From positions 1 through 64,000 of the forward strand of contig CAWIIQ010000004.1 in the NCBI GenBank assembly GCA_963836185.1: a stretch of DNA of 64,000 bases, read 5' to 3'. This DNA is from Candidatus Krumholzibacteriia bacterium (GTDB lineage: Bacteria; Krumholzibacteriota; Krumholzibacteriia; Krumholzibacteriales; Krumholzibacteriaceae). The notes beneath the pieces are model-generated. The model was not told where the DNA came from. It saw only the letters and a list, made by a program, of their open reading frames with translations, and made no database searches. Below are positions 11,519 to 21,525 of this stretch, in pieces (the first letter of the stretch is position 1; every line of letters begins with the position of its first letter). The translations under genes and the position numbers were made by a program.

Positions 11519-11550
11519 GGGCCCGGGCATATGCTCCGGGCCTTTTTTTT
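11519..11550 (+). terminator. Rho-independent terminator after tonB
   Basis: GGCCCGGG..CCGGGCC stem followed by a T8 run. Confidence 0.85.
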
Positions 11551-11622
11551 GTCCTTTCAGGCCTTTCTGGAGCAAGCCGGGGGACAATATCAAGGATATA
11601 TTGACACAGGGTGATTCTTGAT

Positions 11623-11648
11623 TGAAACTTAAGGTTCGAATATTCGTA
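11623..11648 (+). promoter_or_regulatory. ECF-sigma (SigW-like) promoter candidate for the TolC/ABC exporter operon
   Basis: TGAAAC-N16-CGTA. Confidence 0.6.
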
Positions 11649-11716
11649 ACAATTAAGTGTATCGTTTTATAGAGTAACCGGTTTCACAGTCCATGACACA
11701 AGGGAAGGCTTCAACG

Positions 11717-13087
11717 ATGTTTCGAGTAAAGAGAGGATTATCGCTCTGTGCGATAGCGGTCGGTGCGGCGATCATGGTGTCAACGGGAGTAACGGGAGCA
11801 TTCTCCACGGAGAGGATCCTGTCGCTGAGGGAATGTATTGATCTCGCGCTTGAAAACAATCCCGACATGGGGATGGCGAGACAGTCATTAAAGAAATCAG
11901 AGAGCAACGTGCTTGCCAGTTACGGCAGCCTGCTTCCCAACCTTCAGGTCGATTTCTACGCGGGGCACAGATACTACGGCCCCTCTTCCGTGCTGATCGA
12001 TGATTCGGGCCGTCCTGTGCAGTCGCAGGGATTTGACTATGAGGACTATACCTTCCGCATCGGTTCCGACATCGTCCTCTGGGACGGGGGCGCCAATTAC
12101 GCGAGGGTCAGGCAGTCCAATCACAATCGAGAGGGAGCCAAGGAAGAGCTTCAGTACAACTACGACATGATCACCGCCACCGTGATCCGCTCCTACTATA
12201 ACCTTGTCAGGTACAAACGGCTGACCGTCGTCGCCGAGGAAAGTGTCGATCAGGCCCTGCAGAGCCTCGAAAGGACCGAAGCGCTGCTGGAAGTCGGGTC
12301 GGGCACACGCGCTGATGTCCTCAAGGCGAAGGTCCTTCATTCGAATACGAAGCTCGATCTGATCAGGGCGACCAACGCGGTAGAGATAGCCCGCGAGGAT
12401 CTGATCGCCGTGCTGAATATGGGTGACTACTCCGGCGTCAGGGTAGATACGACTCTCACGATGGAGATGTCCAATCCCGATCCGACAAGCGAGATAGCTT
12501 TCGCGATGGACAACAGGTCGGATCTGAGGGGGCTGAGAGCCTATCTCGAAGGGTCCGATGCCGGGGTGAGGGTCGCCCAGAGCGGCTGGCTGCCGACGCT
12601 GGGAGCGAACTTCGGATATTACTGGAGTGATCGCGAGATGGCCGACAATCTCAATTTCTTCAGAGAGGAATACTCCTGGAACGTCACGGCCTACGTGCGG
12701 CTGAACGTCTTCGACAGGTTCTGGACCAGCGCTAACGTCAAGACCGCGAAAGCCGATCACAGGATAACGGAATACCAGCTCGAGAAGAGCGAGCTCAACG
12801 CCGTCAAGGAGATCAAGAGCCTCATAGTCGTGATAAACGAGGCGATAGAGCGTGTTGCGGTCGCGACGGAGACGGTCGAGCAGGCTGCCGAGGATGTACG
12901 GCTCGCCGAGGAGAGATACAGGGTCGGGGCGGGTACGATGCTCGACACTATCCAGGCGCAGGTCTCCCTTACCCAGGCGAAGGCCGATGTTATCGGCGCC
13001 AGGTGTGACTACCTGATCGCCATTGCCGACCTCGACAGGGCGACGGGCAGCGAATCGAGGCTCAGAGCCGGGCTGGAGGGAGAATGA
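11717..13087 (+). CDS. TolC-family outer membrane efflux protein
   Basis: [33 protein letters not shown], two outer-membrane efflux repeats; alternative start 11693. Confidence 0.9.
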   Translation: MFRVKRGLSLCAIAVGAAIMVSTGVTGAFSTERILSLRECIDLALENNPDMGMARQSLKKSESNVLASYGSLLPNLQVDFYAGHRYYGPSSVLIDDSGRPVQSQGFDYEDYTFRIGSDIVLWDGGANYARVRQSNHNREGAKEELQYNYDMITATVIRSYYNLVRYKRLTVVAEESVDQALQSLERTEALLEVGSGTRADVLKAKVLHSNTKLDLIRATNAVEIAREDLIAVLNMGDYSGVRVDTTLTMEMSNPDPTSEIAFAMDNRSDLRGLRAYLEGSDAGVRVAQSGWLPTLGANFGYYWSDREMADNLNFFREEYSWNVTAYVRLNVFDRFWTSANVKTAKADHRITEYQLEKSELNAVKEIKSLIVVINEAIERVAVATETVEQAAEDVRLAEERYRVGAGTMLDTIQAQVSLTQAKADVIGARCDYLIAIADLDRATGSESRLRAGLEGE

Positions 13088-13088
13088 T

Positions 13089-13769
13089 ATGCTGATAAAG
13101 GTCAGCGATGTCAAAAAGATATATGAGGTCGGGGTACAGAAGATAGAGGCGGTCGCGGGGATCGATCTGGAGATCGACCGGAACGAGTATGTAGCGATAA
13201 TGGGCCCCTCGGGGTCAGGCAAGTCGACATTCATGAACCTGCTCGGATGTCTCGATACGCCTACATCAGGTGACTACTGGCTCAACGGCAAGGAAGTAAG
13301 CAACCTCAGCGACGATGAGCTTGCCAGGATCAGGAACAGGGAGATAGGCTTCGTATTCCAGACCTTCAATCTCCTTCCGAGGGCGACAGCCGCCCAGAAT
13401 GTGGAGCTGCCGCTGATCTACGGTGGTATCTCCGCGGAAGAACGGCGCACAAGGGCCGCGGAGGTGCTCGAATCTGTCGGGCTGACCGACAGGGCGAAGC
13501 ATCGTCCCAATGAGCTCTCCGGTGGACAGCGCCAGAGAGTGGCGATAGCGAGGGCTATGGTCAACAGGCCTTCTATAATCCTCGCCGATGAGCCTACCGG
13601 AAATCTCGACAGCAAGACAGGCATTGAGATCATGGCACTCTTCGATACGATCCATAGTTCGGGTAATACGATAGTGATGGTTACTCACGAGGAGCATATC
13701 GCCGACTACGCGAAGCGTGTGATAAGACTCCTCGACGGTAAGATAGAATCGGATGTCAGGACTGGTTGA
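13089..13769 (+). CDS. ABC transporter ATP-binding protein (MacB/LolD-like)
   Basis: [34 protein letters not shown]. Confidence 0.95.
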   Translation: MLIKVSDVKKIYEVGVQKIEAVAGIDLEIDRNEYVAIMGPSGSGKSTFMNLLGCLDTPTSGDYWLNGKEVSNLSDDELARIRNREIGFVFQTFNLLPRATAAQNVELPLIYGGISAEERRTRAAEVLESVGLTDRAKHRPNELSGGQRQRVAIARAMVNRPSIILADEPTGNLDSKTGIEIMALFDTIHSSGNTIVMVTHEEHIADYAKRVIRLLDGKIESDVRTG

Positions 13770-13847
13770 ATGCCTGACGATTGAAAGCCGCGATCCGCTC
13801 TGATCGAAAGGCTTTCGGAAACATAAGCGAAAAATTCAGGAGGAGAG

Positions 13848-15098
13848 ATGACCAGGAAGCACTGGATCGCCATCGGTGTCGTTCTCGTTGTGGCCGTGCT
13901 TGTGTTGATCAACCTGAAGGCGAAGGGTGGCAAAGAACTCGCCGTCCAGGTCGAAGAGGTGTCACGCAAGGACCTCGAGATGATCATATCAGCTTCGGGC
14001 AGCATCAAGCCGAAGAGACAGATCGACATCAGCGCCTCTAACATCGGCAAGGTCACAAGGGTCGCTGTTAAAGAGGGGGACTATGTCGAGCAGGGACAGT
14101 TCCTCCTCCAGATCGATCCGATACTGCTCGAGACGACTGTTGACAGGCTCGAGGCTGCCGTCCAGTCGGCCAAGGCGGGGGAGCGGCAGGCCAGGTATCA
14201 GCTGGATCAGTACGAGAGCGATCTCGAGCGGGCGGAAAGGCTTTTCAAGCAGGGATACCTCACCGACAAGGAAGTCAAGACCGCACAGACAGCAAGGGAT
14301 GTCGGGACCTCGAACCTCGAAGCGGCCGGGCAGCTCGTGAGGCAGCAGGAGGCGCAGCTCTCAAGCGCGAGGCATAATCTCCAGGAAGTCACGATCGAGG
14401 CCGAGATGTCAGGTATCGTAACCCGCCTCAACGTAGAGGAGGGCGAGATCGCCATAATGGGAACGCTGAATAATCCCGGCACGGTGCTGATGACTATCGC
14501 CGACCTCTCGACGATCGAGGCCGAAGTAGAGGTGGATGAGACGGAAGTGGTCAGCATCGAGACGGGACAGTTGGCCGAGGTCACCCTTGACGCCTTCCCC
14601 GATACCTCGTACGCGGGGATCGTCACCGAAGTCGGTAACAGCCCCATCCTGTCTTCCTCGGTGTCGGGACAACAGGGAGTCGATTTCAAGGTCGTGATCA
14701 CCGTGACGGATACTATTCCGCATGTCAGGCCCGGCCTCTCGGCGGACTCGGAGATCATCGCCGACAGGGCCGAAAACGGACTGGCGATCCCGATCCAGAG
14801 CCTGACTGTAAGGCAGGCGAAGGACCTGAAGGGGTACTCCGCGGCCGCTGATTCCGCTTCCGCGGATTCGACGGCGGTGAAAAAAGAGGAGAGCAGTGAG
14901 ATCGAGGGAGTCTTTGTCGTGGTCGACGGCAAGGCGGAGTTCAGGCAGATAAAGATCGGCGTCGCCGGCCAGACGCATTTCGAGGTCGTCTCCGGGCTCG
15001 AGGAAGGCGACAAGGTCGTAAGCGGCAACTTCAGGGCTATCAGGGACCTCAGGGACGGACAGAGGGTCAAGATCACGGAGAAGGCCGCGAAGAAGTAG
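13848..15098 (+). CDS. Periplasmic adaptor / membrane fusion protein (MacA/HlyD family)
   Basis: N-terminal TM, VKEGDYVEQGQFLLQID lipoyl motif, coiled-coil hairpin, EVVSGLEEGDKVV. Confidence 0.92.
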   Translation: MTRKHWIAIGVVLVVAVLVLINLKAKGGKELAVQVEEVSRKDLEMIISASGSIKPKRQIDISASNIGKVTRVAVKEGDYVEQGQFLLQIDPILLETTVDRLEAAVQSAKAGERQARYQLDQYESDLERAERLFKQGYLTDKEVKTAQTARDVGTSNLEAAGQLVRQQEAQLSSARHNLQEVTIEAEMSGIVTRLNVEEGEIAIMGTLNNPGTVLMTIADLSTIEAEVEVDETEVVSIETGQLAEVTLDAFPDTSYAGIVTEVGNSPILSSSVSGQQGVDFKVVITVTDTIPHVRPGLSADSEIIADRAENGLAIPIQSLTVRQAKDLKGYSAAADSASADSTAVKKEESSEIEGVFVVVDGKAEFRQIKIGVAGQTHFEVVSGLEEGDKVVSGNFRAIRDLRDGQRVKITEKAAKK

Positions 15099-15107
15099 TG
15101 CAGGGTC

Positions 15108-16337
15108 ATGCTGATATTTCAGGGAATGAACATCGCCCTCAGGGCGCTTCGTGAGAACAAGCTCAGGACCTTTCTCACTCTTCTCGGCAACATCGTAGGG
15201 ACGATGTCTGTCATCGCTGTCGTGTCGCTCATCGGCGGTATCGATGACTACGTCAAGGAGAAGGTAGCCGGGGAGGGGAGCAATGTCTTCACCATCGAGC
15301 AGTTCAATTTCTTCGAGGCGATAACGGATCTCGACGCCTTCCTCGAGGCTATCGCGCGCAATCCGAGGATAAAACTCAGCGATGTCGACTATATGCGCGA
15401 CAGGATACCCTCGGCCTCATACGTATCGGCGGCTGCGGACAATCAGGCCCAGGTAAGCTACCGTGAAGAATGGGTCGACAGGATATCGATCAGGGGGAGG
15501 TCGGAGCAGTATCCCATGATCGAGGATGCCCCCCTCTCCATGGGCAGGCACATCTCTCGCCTCGAGGACCAGAAGTCGGCGAACGTGGCTGTCCTCGGAT
15601 GGGAGGTGTACACGAGGCTCTTTCCTCGGGGTGACCCCCTCGGAGCGAGGATCAAGATAGGAAGAAAGCATTTTACGGTTATCGGTGTCGTCGAGGACCT
15701 CGGCACCGTCCTCGGTGAATCGAAGAACAGGTTCGTATATGTCCCGGTCAATACATTCCTCAAGCTTTACGGCTCGAGGACGTCGATAGAGATCAAGGTC
15801 AAGGCAGCCGATATAACCCTCCTTCAGCAGGCCGTCGATGAAGCGACGATGGCCATGAGGATCAGGCACGGGCTAAGGCCGCTCGAGGAAGACGACTTCG
15901 CGGTCGTGACTTCGGAGAATCTCATATCTCTGTGGCAGAAGATATCTACCTCGATATTCAACGCGCTGATATTCATCGTCTCGATAGCGCTCGTAGTCGG
16001 CGGCGTGGTCCTGATGAACGTGATGCTCGTCTCCGTCACGGAGAGGACGAAGGAAGTTGGCTTGAGAAAGGCCCTCGGCGCGAGAAAATCCAACATAGTA
16101 TGGCAGTTCATCGTGGAATCGGTGACCCTTTCGCTCATAGGCGGGATCATAGGTATACTGATCGGGTTCACGATCGCGGCGGTCATCTCGATAGTCTCTC
16201 CGCTCCCGTACGTGGTGGCCCCGTGGTCGATAGCGGCGGGGCTGATAGTCACCTTCTTCATAGGTATCGTGTTCGGGACATACCCGGCGAGTAAAGCGGC
16301 GAGCCTCGATCCCGTGGTCGCGCTGCATTCCGACTAG
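15108..16337 (+). CDS. MacB/FtsX-like ABC permease
   Basis: NKLRTFLTLLG, VMLVSVTERTKEVGLRKALGA, PASKAASLDPV. Confidence 0.93.
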   Translation: MLIFQGMNIALRALRENKLRTFLTLLGNIVGTMSVIAVVSLIGGIDDYVKEKVAGEGSNVFTIEQFNFFEAITDLDAFLEAIARNPRIKLSDVDYMRDRIPSASYVSAAADNQAQVSYREEWVDRISIRGRSEQYPMIEDAPLSMGRHISRLEDQKSANVAVLGWEVYTRLFPRGDPLGARIKIGRKHFTVIGVVEDLGTVLGESKNRFVYVPVNTFLKLYGSRTSIEIKVKAADITLLQQAVDEATMAMRIRHGLRPLEEDDFAVVTSENLISLWQKISTSIFNALIFIVSIALVVGGVVLMNVMLVSVTERTKEVGLRKALGARKSNIVWQFIVESVTLSLIGGIIGILIGFTIAAVISIVSPLPYVVAPWSIAAGLIVTFFIGIVFGTYPASKAASLDPVVALHSD

Positions 16338-16344
16338 GATCATT

Positions 16345-17610
16345 ATGACTGTTGACGAGGCAGGAAGAGTGAAAAAGAGGCTGGTCTGGAAGGAAAACTT
16401 CCGGCAGGCGCTCGAGGTGATCCGTACACACAGGATGCGGTCCTGGCTTCTCATCACCGGCGTTGCGATAGGGGTCACGACTGTTCTCGCGATGGTCACT
16501 GTCATGTCGGGCCTCGGGGAGAGGATACAGTCCGATATCGTATCGGCGAACAGGCCTTATCTCTTCCTCTCGAGGTTCGATCCGATGGGCGGCGGCAACG
16601 ACAGGCGTGACCTGCTCAGGCGCAAGCAGCTCACGATCGGGGACGTGAAGTTCCTCGAGGATAACTGTGTGAGCTGCGACAGGGTCGATCTCAACATAGA
16701 CCCGCAGGGAAGGATGCATGTCCTGAGGTACGAGGGCGAACGGACCAATCTTATCCAGGTCATGGGTTCCACGCACAACATGGCGAGTATGTACAGCATC
16801 GTCATCGAATACGGGCGGTTCTTCACCGAATTCGAGATGGACCGGAGCCGCCGAGTGATCGTCCTCGGGTACGGACCGGCGAAGGACCTCTTCCCGAATC
16901 GCGACCCGATAGGCAAGTGGATCAAGATAGGAAACCACCAGTACGAGGTCGTCGGCACGATGGCGACGAGGGATAATATCCTCGGGAGCATAAGTGACAA
17001 CTACGCGGTGATTCCCTATACGACATACGAGAAGGATCTCGGTTACAGGTTCGACGACTACCAGATGGGTGTCACGATAAAGGAGGATTACTCCATCGAA
17101 GAGGCTGTCGACGAGGTCCACGCCCTGATGCGTGCGTCGAGGAAGCTGGGGCCCGCGGAGGAGGATGACTTCTATATCACGACCTCCGAGGGTTTCAGGG
17201 AGATGCTTGGCAGCATCATGACCTACATCGGCCTTGTGCTCGTTGTGATCTCGTCGATCGGGCTGATGGTCGGGGGAATCGGCGTGATGAACATCATGCT
17301 CATCTCTGTTACCGAGAGAACGCGCGAGGTAGGGATCAGGATGGCGCTCGGAGCGAGAAGAAACGATATCATGCAGCAGTTCCTCATCGAGGCGGCTACC
17401 CTTACCGGGGCTGGAGGGATGATCGGGATATTCCTCGGGCTTCTCGCGGCGAGAGGTGTCGCGAAACTGATCAGCTTCCCATACTCGGTACCGATGATCT
17501 GGGTAGTGATAGCGTTTGTATTCTCCGCTTCTATCGGCCTTATTTTCGGCCTCTATCCCGCCAACAGGGCGGCGAAGATGGACCCGATAAAGGCCCTCCA
17601 CTACGAATAG
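16345..17610 (+). CDS. Second MacB/FtsX-like ABC permease
   Basis: VGGIGVMNIMLISVTERTREVGIRMALGA, PANRAAKMDPIKAL. Confidence 0.93.
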   Translation: MTVDEAGRVKKRLVWKENFRQALEVIRTHRMRSWLLITGVAIGVTTVLAMVTVMSGLGERIQSDIVSANRPYLFLSRFDPMGGGNDRRDLLRRKQLTIGDVKFLEDNCVSCDRVDLNIDPQGRMHVLRYEGERTNLIQVMGSTHNMASMYSIVIEYGRFFTEFEMDRSRRVIVLGYGPAKDLFPNRDPIGKWIKIGNHQYEVVGTMATRDNILGSISDNYAVIPYTTYEKDLGYRFDDYQMGVTIKEDYSIEEAVDEVHALMRASRKLGPAEEDDFYITTSEGFREMLGSIMTYIGLVLVVISSIGLMVGGIGVMNIMLISVTERTREVGIRMALGARRNDIMQQFLIEAATLTGAGGMIGIFLGLLAARGVAKLISFPYSVPMIWVVIAFVFSASIGLIFGLYPANRAAKMDPIKALHYE

Positions 17611-17642
17611 GCCGCGCTGCAGGCTTCCACTTCGCTAATGAC

Positions 17643-17672
17643 TTGCCCATACCCTCTGCCGATGGCTATAAT
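17643..17672 (+). promoter_or_regulatory. sigma70-type promoter candidate
   Basis: TTGCCC, 18 nt, TATAAT upstream of GGAGG RBS and ATG17693. Confidence 0.5.
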
Positions 17673-17692
17673 CCATATACAGGGAGGTTTCG

Positions 17693-19015
17693 ATGCGACG
17701 GGTTATTCCAGCGATGACAGCGCTCCTTATGGCCGTGGCGGCTCTTACTTTCTCGCCCCGTGATACTGCCGGCCAGAATATGACCAGGTCGGTCAGAAGG
17801 CCGTTCGAGCTTACCGCTTCGCAGAGCATCGATGCGGAGGGTAACGTGCTGCTCGTGATCAGCACGGCGATCGATTACAGACGCCTCGTGTTCTTCCGCC
17901 AGCCGATCGGCTACGTCGCCGACTACCGGGTATATATCGAGGTCCGGGATGAAGAGGGCAAGAGGGTGCGGGGTGAAGTCATCGAAAAGACGGTGACGAC
18001 CCCGGAATACGAAATGACCCGCAGCGCCGGGATGCTCTCCGAGGTGAAGAAGAATATCCCGCTGGGCTCGGGGTATTATGACGTGAATGTCACTGTCGAG
18101 GTGGCCAGGACCTCGCTGAAATACGAACGAAAGGCCGAGGTGAAGATATACGGGAGGGACCAGGGACTCTTCGAGATGTCCGACCCGGTCTTCTCCGCCC
18201 CTGAAGAGAGCGGGACGGGCCGCAAGCCTCCCGCGGGCGAGCTCGATTTCTCCATCTGCCCGAACGAGATACCTGACGGATACAGGCAACTCGCCGGCGA
18301 TGTCTTCATCGGTTTCGAGGGATGGATCCGGATGAGCTGGACCGTCCTCTCCCCCATGGAAAATAGGACCAGCCGGGGAATGGAAGTGACTGTGAAGGTG
18401 CAGGACCCGCAGAAACATGTGAGGGCCTATACGAGGCAGACTTTCGAGGTCGATGGAAAGGGGAGGGGGATGTTCTGTATCGACATGAACGTCGACGACC
18501 TGCCTCTCGGCTTCTACGAGGTCTCAACGGCGGTGTCGATCCCCAACTCGACAAAGAAGGTCGTAAGGACCGGGACGTTCACCATGCTACTCGGCAGGGC
18601 GATGTTCGACAAGTATTTCGAGGATACCCTGGAACTTCTCGGGCTCACGGCCGATGACGAGGCTGTCGAAAGGCTTCGGGCGATCTCACCGGAATCGCGC
18701 ATAGGCGAGTGGAACCGGTACTGGAAATCGAAGGATCCTACGAGGACGACAGATCTCAACGAGGAACTGAGCGAGTTTCTGCGCCGCGTCAGGTTCGCTC
18801 TGGAGAACTTCTCCGAGCATGGTCCAGGCTGGAGATCCGATATGGGGAAAGTATATATACAACACGGTCCTCCCGATAACGTGGCCGACCGCAGCGGGTC
18901 GACGCTCGGCAGCAGGCTGAAGATCTGGTATTATTATTCCAAGGGACTCGCTTTCATATTCGAGGATTCTATGGGGTCTGGCCTATACAGGCTCTACGAT
19001 ACGAGGAGTATCTGA
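17693..19015 (+). CDS. GWxTD-domain protein
   Basis: Signal peptide; YWKSKDPTRTTDLNEELSEFLRRVRFALENF..GPGWRSDMGKVYIQHGPPD..IWYY. Confidence 0.88.
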   Translation: MRRVIPAMTALLMAVAALTFSPRDTAGQNMTRSVRRPFELTASQSIDAEGNVLLVISTAIDYRRLVFFRQPIGYVADYRVYIEVRDEEGKRVRGEVIEKTVTTPEYEMTRSAGMLSEVKKNIPLGSGYYDVNVTVEVARTSLKYERKAEVKIYGRDQGLFEMSDPVFSAPEESGTGRKPPAGELDFSICPNEIPDGYRQLAGDVFIGFEGWIRMSWTVLSPMENRTSRGMEVTVKVQDPQKHVRAYTRQTFEVDGKGRGMFCIDMNVDDLPLGFYEVSTAVSIPNSTKKVVRTGTFTMLLGRAMFDKYFEDTLELLGLTADDEAVERLRAISPESRIGEWNRYWKSKDPTRTTDLNEELSEFLRRVRFALENFSEHGPGWRSDMGKVYIQHGPPDNVADRSGSTLGSRLKIWYYYSKGLAFIFEDSMGSGLYRLYDTRSI

Positions 19016-19022
19016 CAGGCCG

Positions 19023-20573
19023 ATGATAAGACGCATTCTGCCCGTCACCGCCGCTCTCATATCCGCCCTGCTGATCGGTTCATGCGGAGGCGGAGAGGGG
19101 AACCATTCCCTCAGGCTCGCCCTGCAGACCGAACCGACCAATCTCGATCCAGCTTCAGCCGTCGATTATTCCTCCGGTTGGGTCAGCTCGCTGATCCACT
19201 CGAATATCGTCAGGTTCGAGCCTGACGGCTCGATAGCTCCCGACCTAGCCGGCAGCTGGTCGGTCTCTGATGACGGGCTCGAATACATCTTTCATATCGG
19301 CGGATCCTTTTTCAGTGACGGGAACGCAGTGACCGCTTTCGATGTCGAGCAGTCACTGACGAGGCTCGTCGCTCCCTCGACGGCATCTCCTCGATGGTGG
19401 GTCCTCGAACCTGTCGCAGGTGCGGCCGACTTCCACGCGGGCCGCGGCAGCGGAATGGCGATAGAGGCGCTTGACGATTCAACTCTCGTCATACGGCTGG
19501 GAGCTCCCGCGGCACATTTCCTCAGCCTGCTCGCGATGCCCGCCGCTGGAATCGTATCGCCCGGGGCCGCGGACTCTCTCGGGAAAGATTACGGGAGAAG
19601 CCCGTCGGGCAGCGGGCCGTGGAGGCTCGTCTCGTGGATGTCGGGAGACGAGATCGTCCTCGAGAGGAATCCGTACAGCAGCGGGGCGGGAGCCGGTATT
19701 CCCGGAATAAGTATACGCCTTATCCCCGAGACGATGACGAGGATCGCGGAGTTCGAGGTCGGAAACCTCGACATCCTCGAGATCCCCCCGGCGGAACTGG
19801 AGCTCTGGCGGGCGGCAGGGGTGAGGCTGCTGCGGAGCCCGGAACTGAGGATCGTATATATCGGACTGAACAATGAGAAACCGCCATTCGACGATCCCCG
19901 TGTACGCAGGGCTTTGAACATGGCGGTGGATGTCGATATGATCATTGGAAAGCTTCTCTTCGGCGCCGCGCAGAGGGCGACAGGGATAGTTCCCGCCGGG
20001 CTGAGGGGAGCACCCCTTCCAGGTCCTCTCTACCGGTACGATCCGCAAAGAGCGGCGAGGCTTCTCGAGGAGGCCGGCTATCCGGACGGTTTTTCGATGG
20101 AGATATGGCAACGGGAAAATCCCGAATCGGGAAGGATCCTCGAGAGCGTTCAGGCATTTCTCGCCCGGGCCGGCATCGATGTGAAGATAGTCACTCGCGA
20201 ATGGAGCGCCTTCAAGCAGGCCGTCGACAGGGGAACGCCGGATGCCTTCTATCTGGACTGGTTTGCCGACTATCCCGAAGCCGGTAATTTCCTCGTTCCC
20301 CTCTTTCACTCTGAAAACAGGGGAGGAGGGGGGAACAGGGCCGCGTTCGCCGACGCGGCGGTCGATTCGCTTCTCGGCCTGGCCTCCGCGGAGAGCGACC
20401 CCGGTGCGAGATGGAAGCTGTACGCAGGAGTGGAGGAAAGGGTGATGGAGGCAGCCCCATGGATATTCCTCTGGTTCCCCGTCAGGTATGAGGTCGTCTC
20501 GCACAGGCTCGAGGGGTATGAGATCCCGGTGATATTCAATGGCCAGAGGTTTACGGGGGTGACGATCAGGTAA
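19023..20573 (+). CDS. Peptide ABC transporter substrate-binding lipoprotein (SBP family 5)
   Basis: Lipobox LIGSC, PDLAGSWSVSDDGLEY, PFDDPRVRRALNMAVD. Confidence 0.92.
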   Translation: MIRRILPVTAALISALLIGSCGGGEGNHSLRLALQTEPTNLDPASAVDYSSGWVSSLIHSNIVRFEPDGSIAPDLAGSWSVSDDGLEYIFHIGGSFFSDGNAVTAFDVEQSLTRLVAPSTASPRWWVLEPVAGAADFHAGRGSGMAIEALDDSTLVIRLGAPAAHFLSLLAMPAAGIVSPGAADSLGKDYGRSPSGSGPWRLVSWMSGDEIVLERNPYSSGAGAGIPGISIRLIPETMTRIAEFEVGNLDILEIPPAELELWRAAGVRLLRSPELRIVYIGLNNEKPPFDDPRVRRALNMAVDVDMIIGKLLFGAAQRATGIVPAGLRGAPLPGPLYRYDPQRAARLLEEAGYPDGFSMEIWQRENPESGRILESVQAFLARAGIDVKIVTREWSAFKQAVDRGTPDAFYLDWFADYPEAGNFLVPLFHSENRGGGGNRAAFADAAVDSLLGLASAESDPGARWKLYAGVEERVMEAAPWIFLWFPVRYEVVSHRLEGYEIPVIFNGQRFTGVTIR

Positions 20574-20586
20574 CGGCCGCGCTATT

Positions 20587-21525
20587 ATGGGAAGATTCAT
20601 CGCAAGAAGGCTGCTGCTGCTCATACCGATCCTGTTCGGGGTCGTAACTGTCACATTCATAATAATGTACGTTCTTCCCGGCGATCCGGTGCTCTCCCTC
20701 GTCGGTGAGAGGTACGATGAGGAGACTCTCGACCGTCTCCGCGGGGAACTCGGGCTCGACCGGCCCCTTGCCCTGCGATATATCGACTACCTCGGCCGGG
20801 TCGCGAGGCTCGATTTCGGCAGGTCGTTCGTTACGGGTAGGCCGGTATTCGAGACGATAAGGGAGAGGTTTCCGCGCACGCTCACACTTGCCGGGGCGGC
20901 GATGCTGATCGCCGTCGCCGGGGGGATGGCGGCAGGAGCAGTCGCCGGCTCGGGGCGACTGCCCTGGGCGGGAAAGGGGCTGATGGCCCTTACCCTTGTC
21001 GGGGTGTCGATCCCGGTCTTCTGGCTCGGGCTTCTGCTGATACATCTCTTCGCGATAAAACTCGAGATACTCCCTCCGTCCGGATACGGCGGAGGCTCGA
21101 TCAGGTATCTCATCCTGCCCGCCCTGACACTCTCCTTCGCCTCGATGGCGACCGTGGCCCGGGTGACGAGGGCAGGGTTCCTCGATGCGGGTTCGGAGGA
21201 TTTCGTCAGGACGGCGAGGGCCAAGGGGCTCGGAGAGGGACGGGTGATGGGAAAGCACGTCTTCAGAAACGCGCTCATCCCCGTCATCACGATCGTCGGG
21301 ACAGATTTCGGGAGCTACCTCGGCGGCTCTGTGCTGACAGAGTCGATATTCGGATGGCCCGGGCTCGGGAGGCTTATCGTACAGTCTATCCTGAGGAGGG
21401 ATTTCCCCGTTATCCAGGGCGCCGTTCTCTTTATGGCGATTCTCTTTGTTCTTGTAAACCTCATTGTTGATATAAGTTACGGGTTCATAGACCCGAGGGT
21501 GCGGGAAGAGGGGGTGAAAGGCTGA
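20587..21525 (+). CDS. Peptide ABC permease (DppB/OppB-like)
   Basis: PGDPV, DFVRTARAKGL..V..KHVFRNALIP, ESIFGWPGLG. Confidence 0.93.
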   Translation: MGRFIARRLLLLIPILFGVVTVTFIIMYVLPGDPVLSLVGERYDEETLDRLRGELGLDRPLALRYIDYLGRVARLDFGRSFVTGRPVFETIRERFPRTLTLAGAAMLIAVAGGMAAGAVAGSGRLPWAGKGLMALTLVGVSIPVFWLGLLLIHLFAIKLEILPPSGYGGGSIRYLILPALTLSFASMATVARVTRAGFLDAGSEDFVRTARAKGLGEGRVMGKHVFRNALIPVITIVGTDFGSYLGGSVLTESIFGWPGLGRLIVQSILRRDFPVIQGAVLFMAILFVLVNLIVDISYGFIDPRVREEGVKG

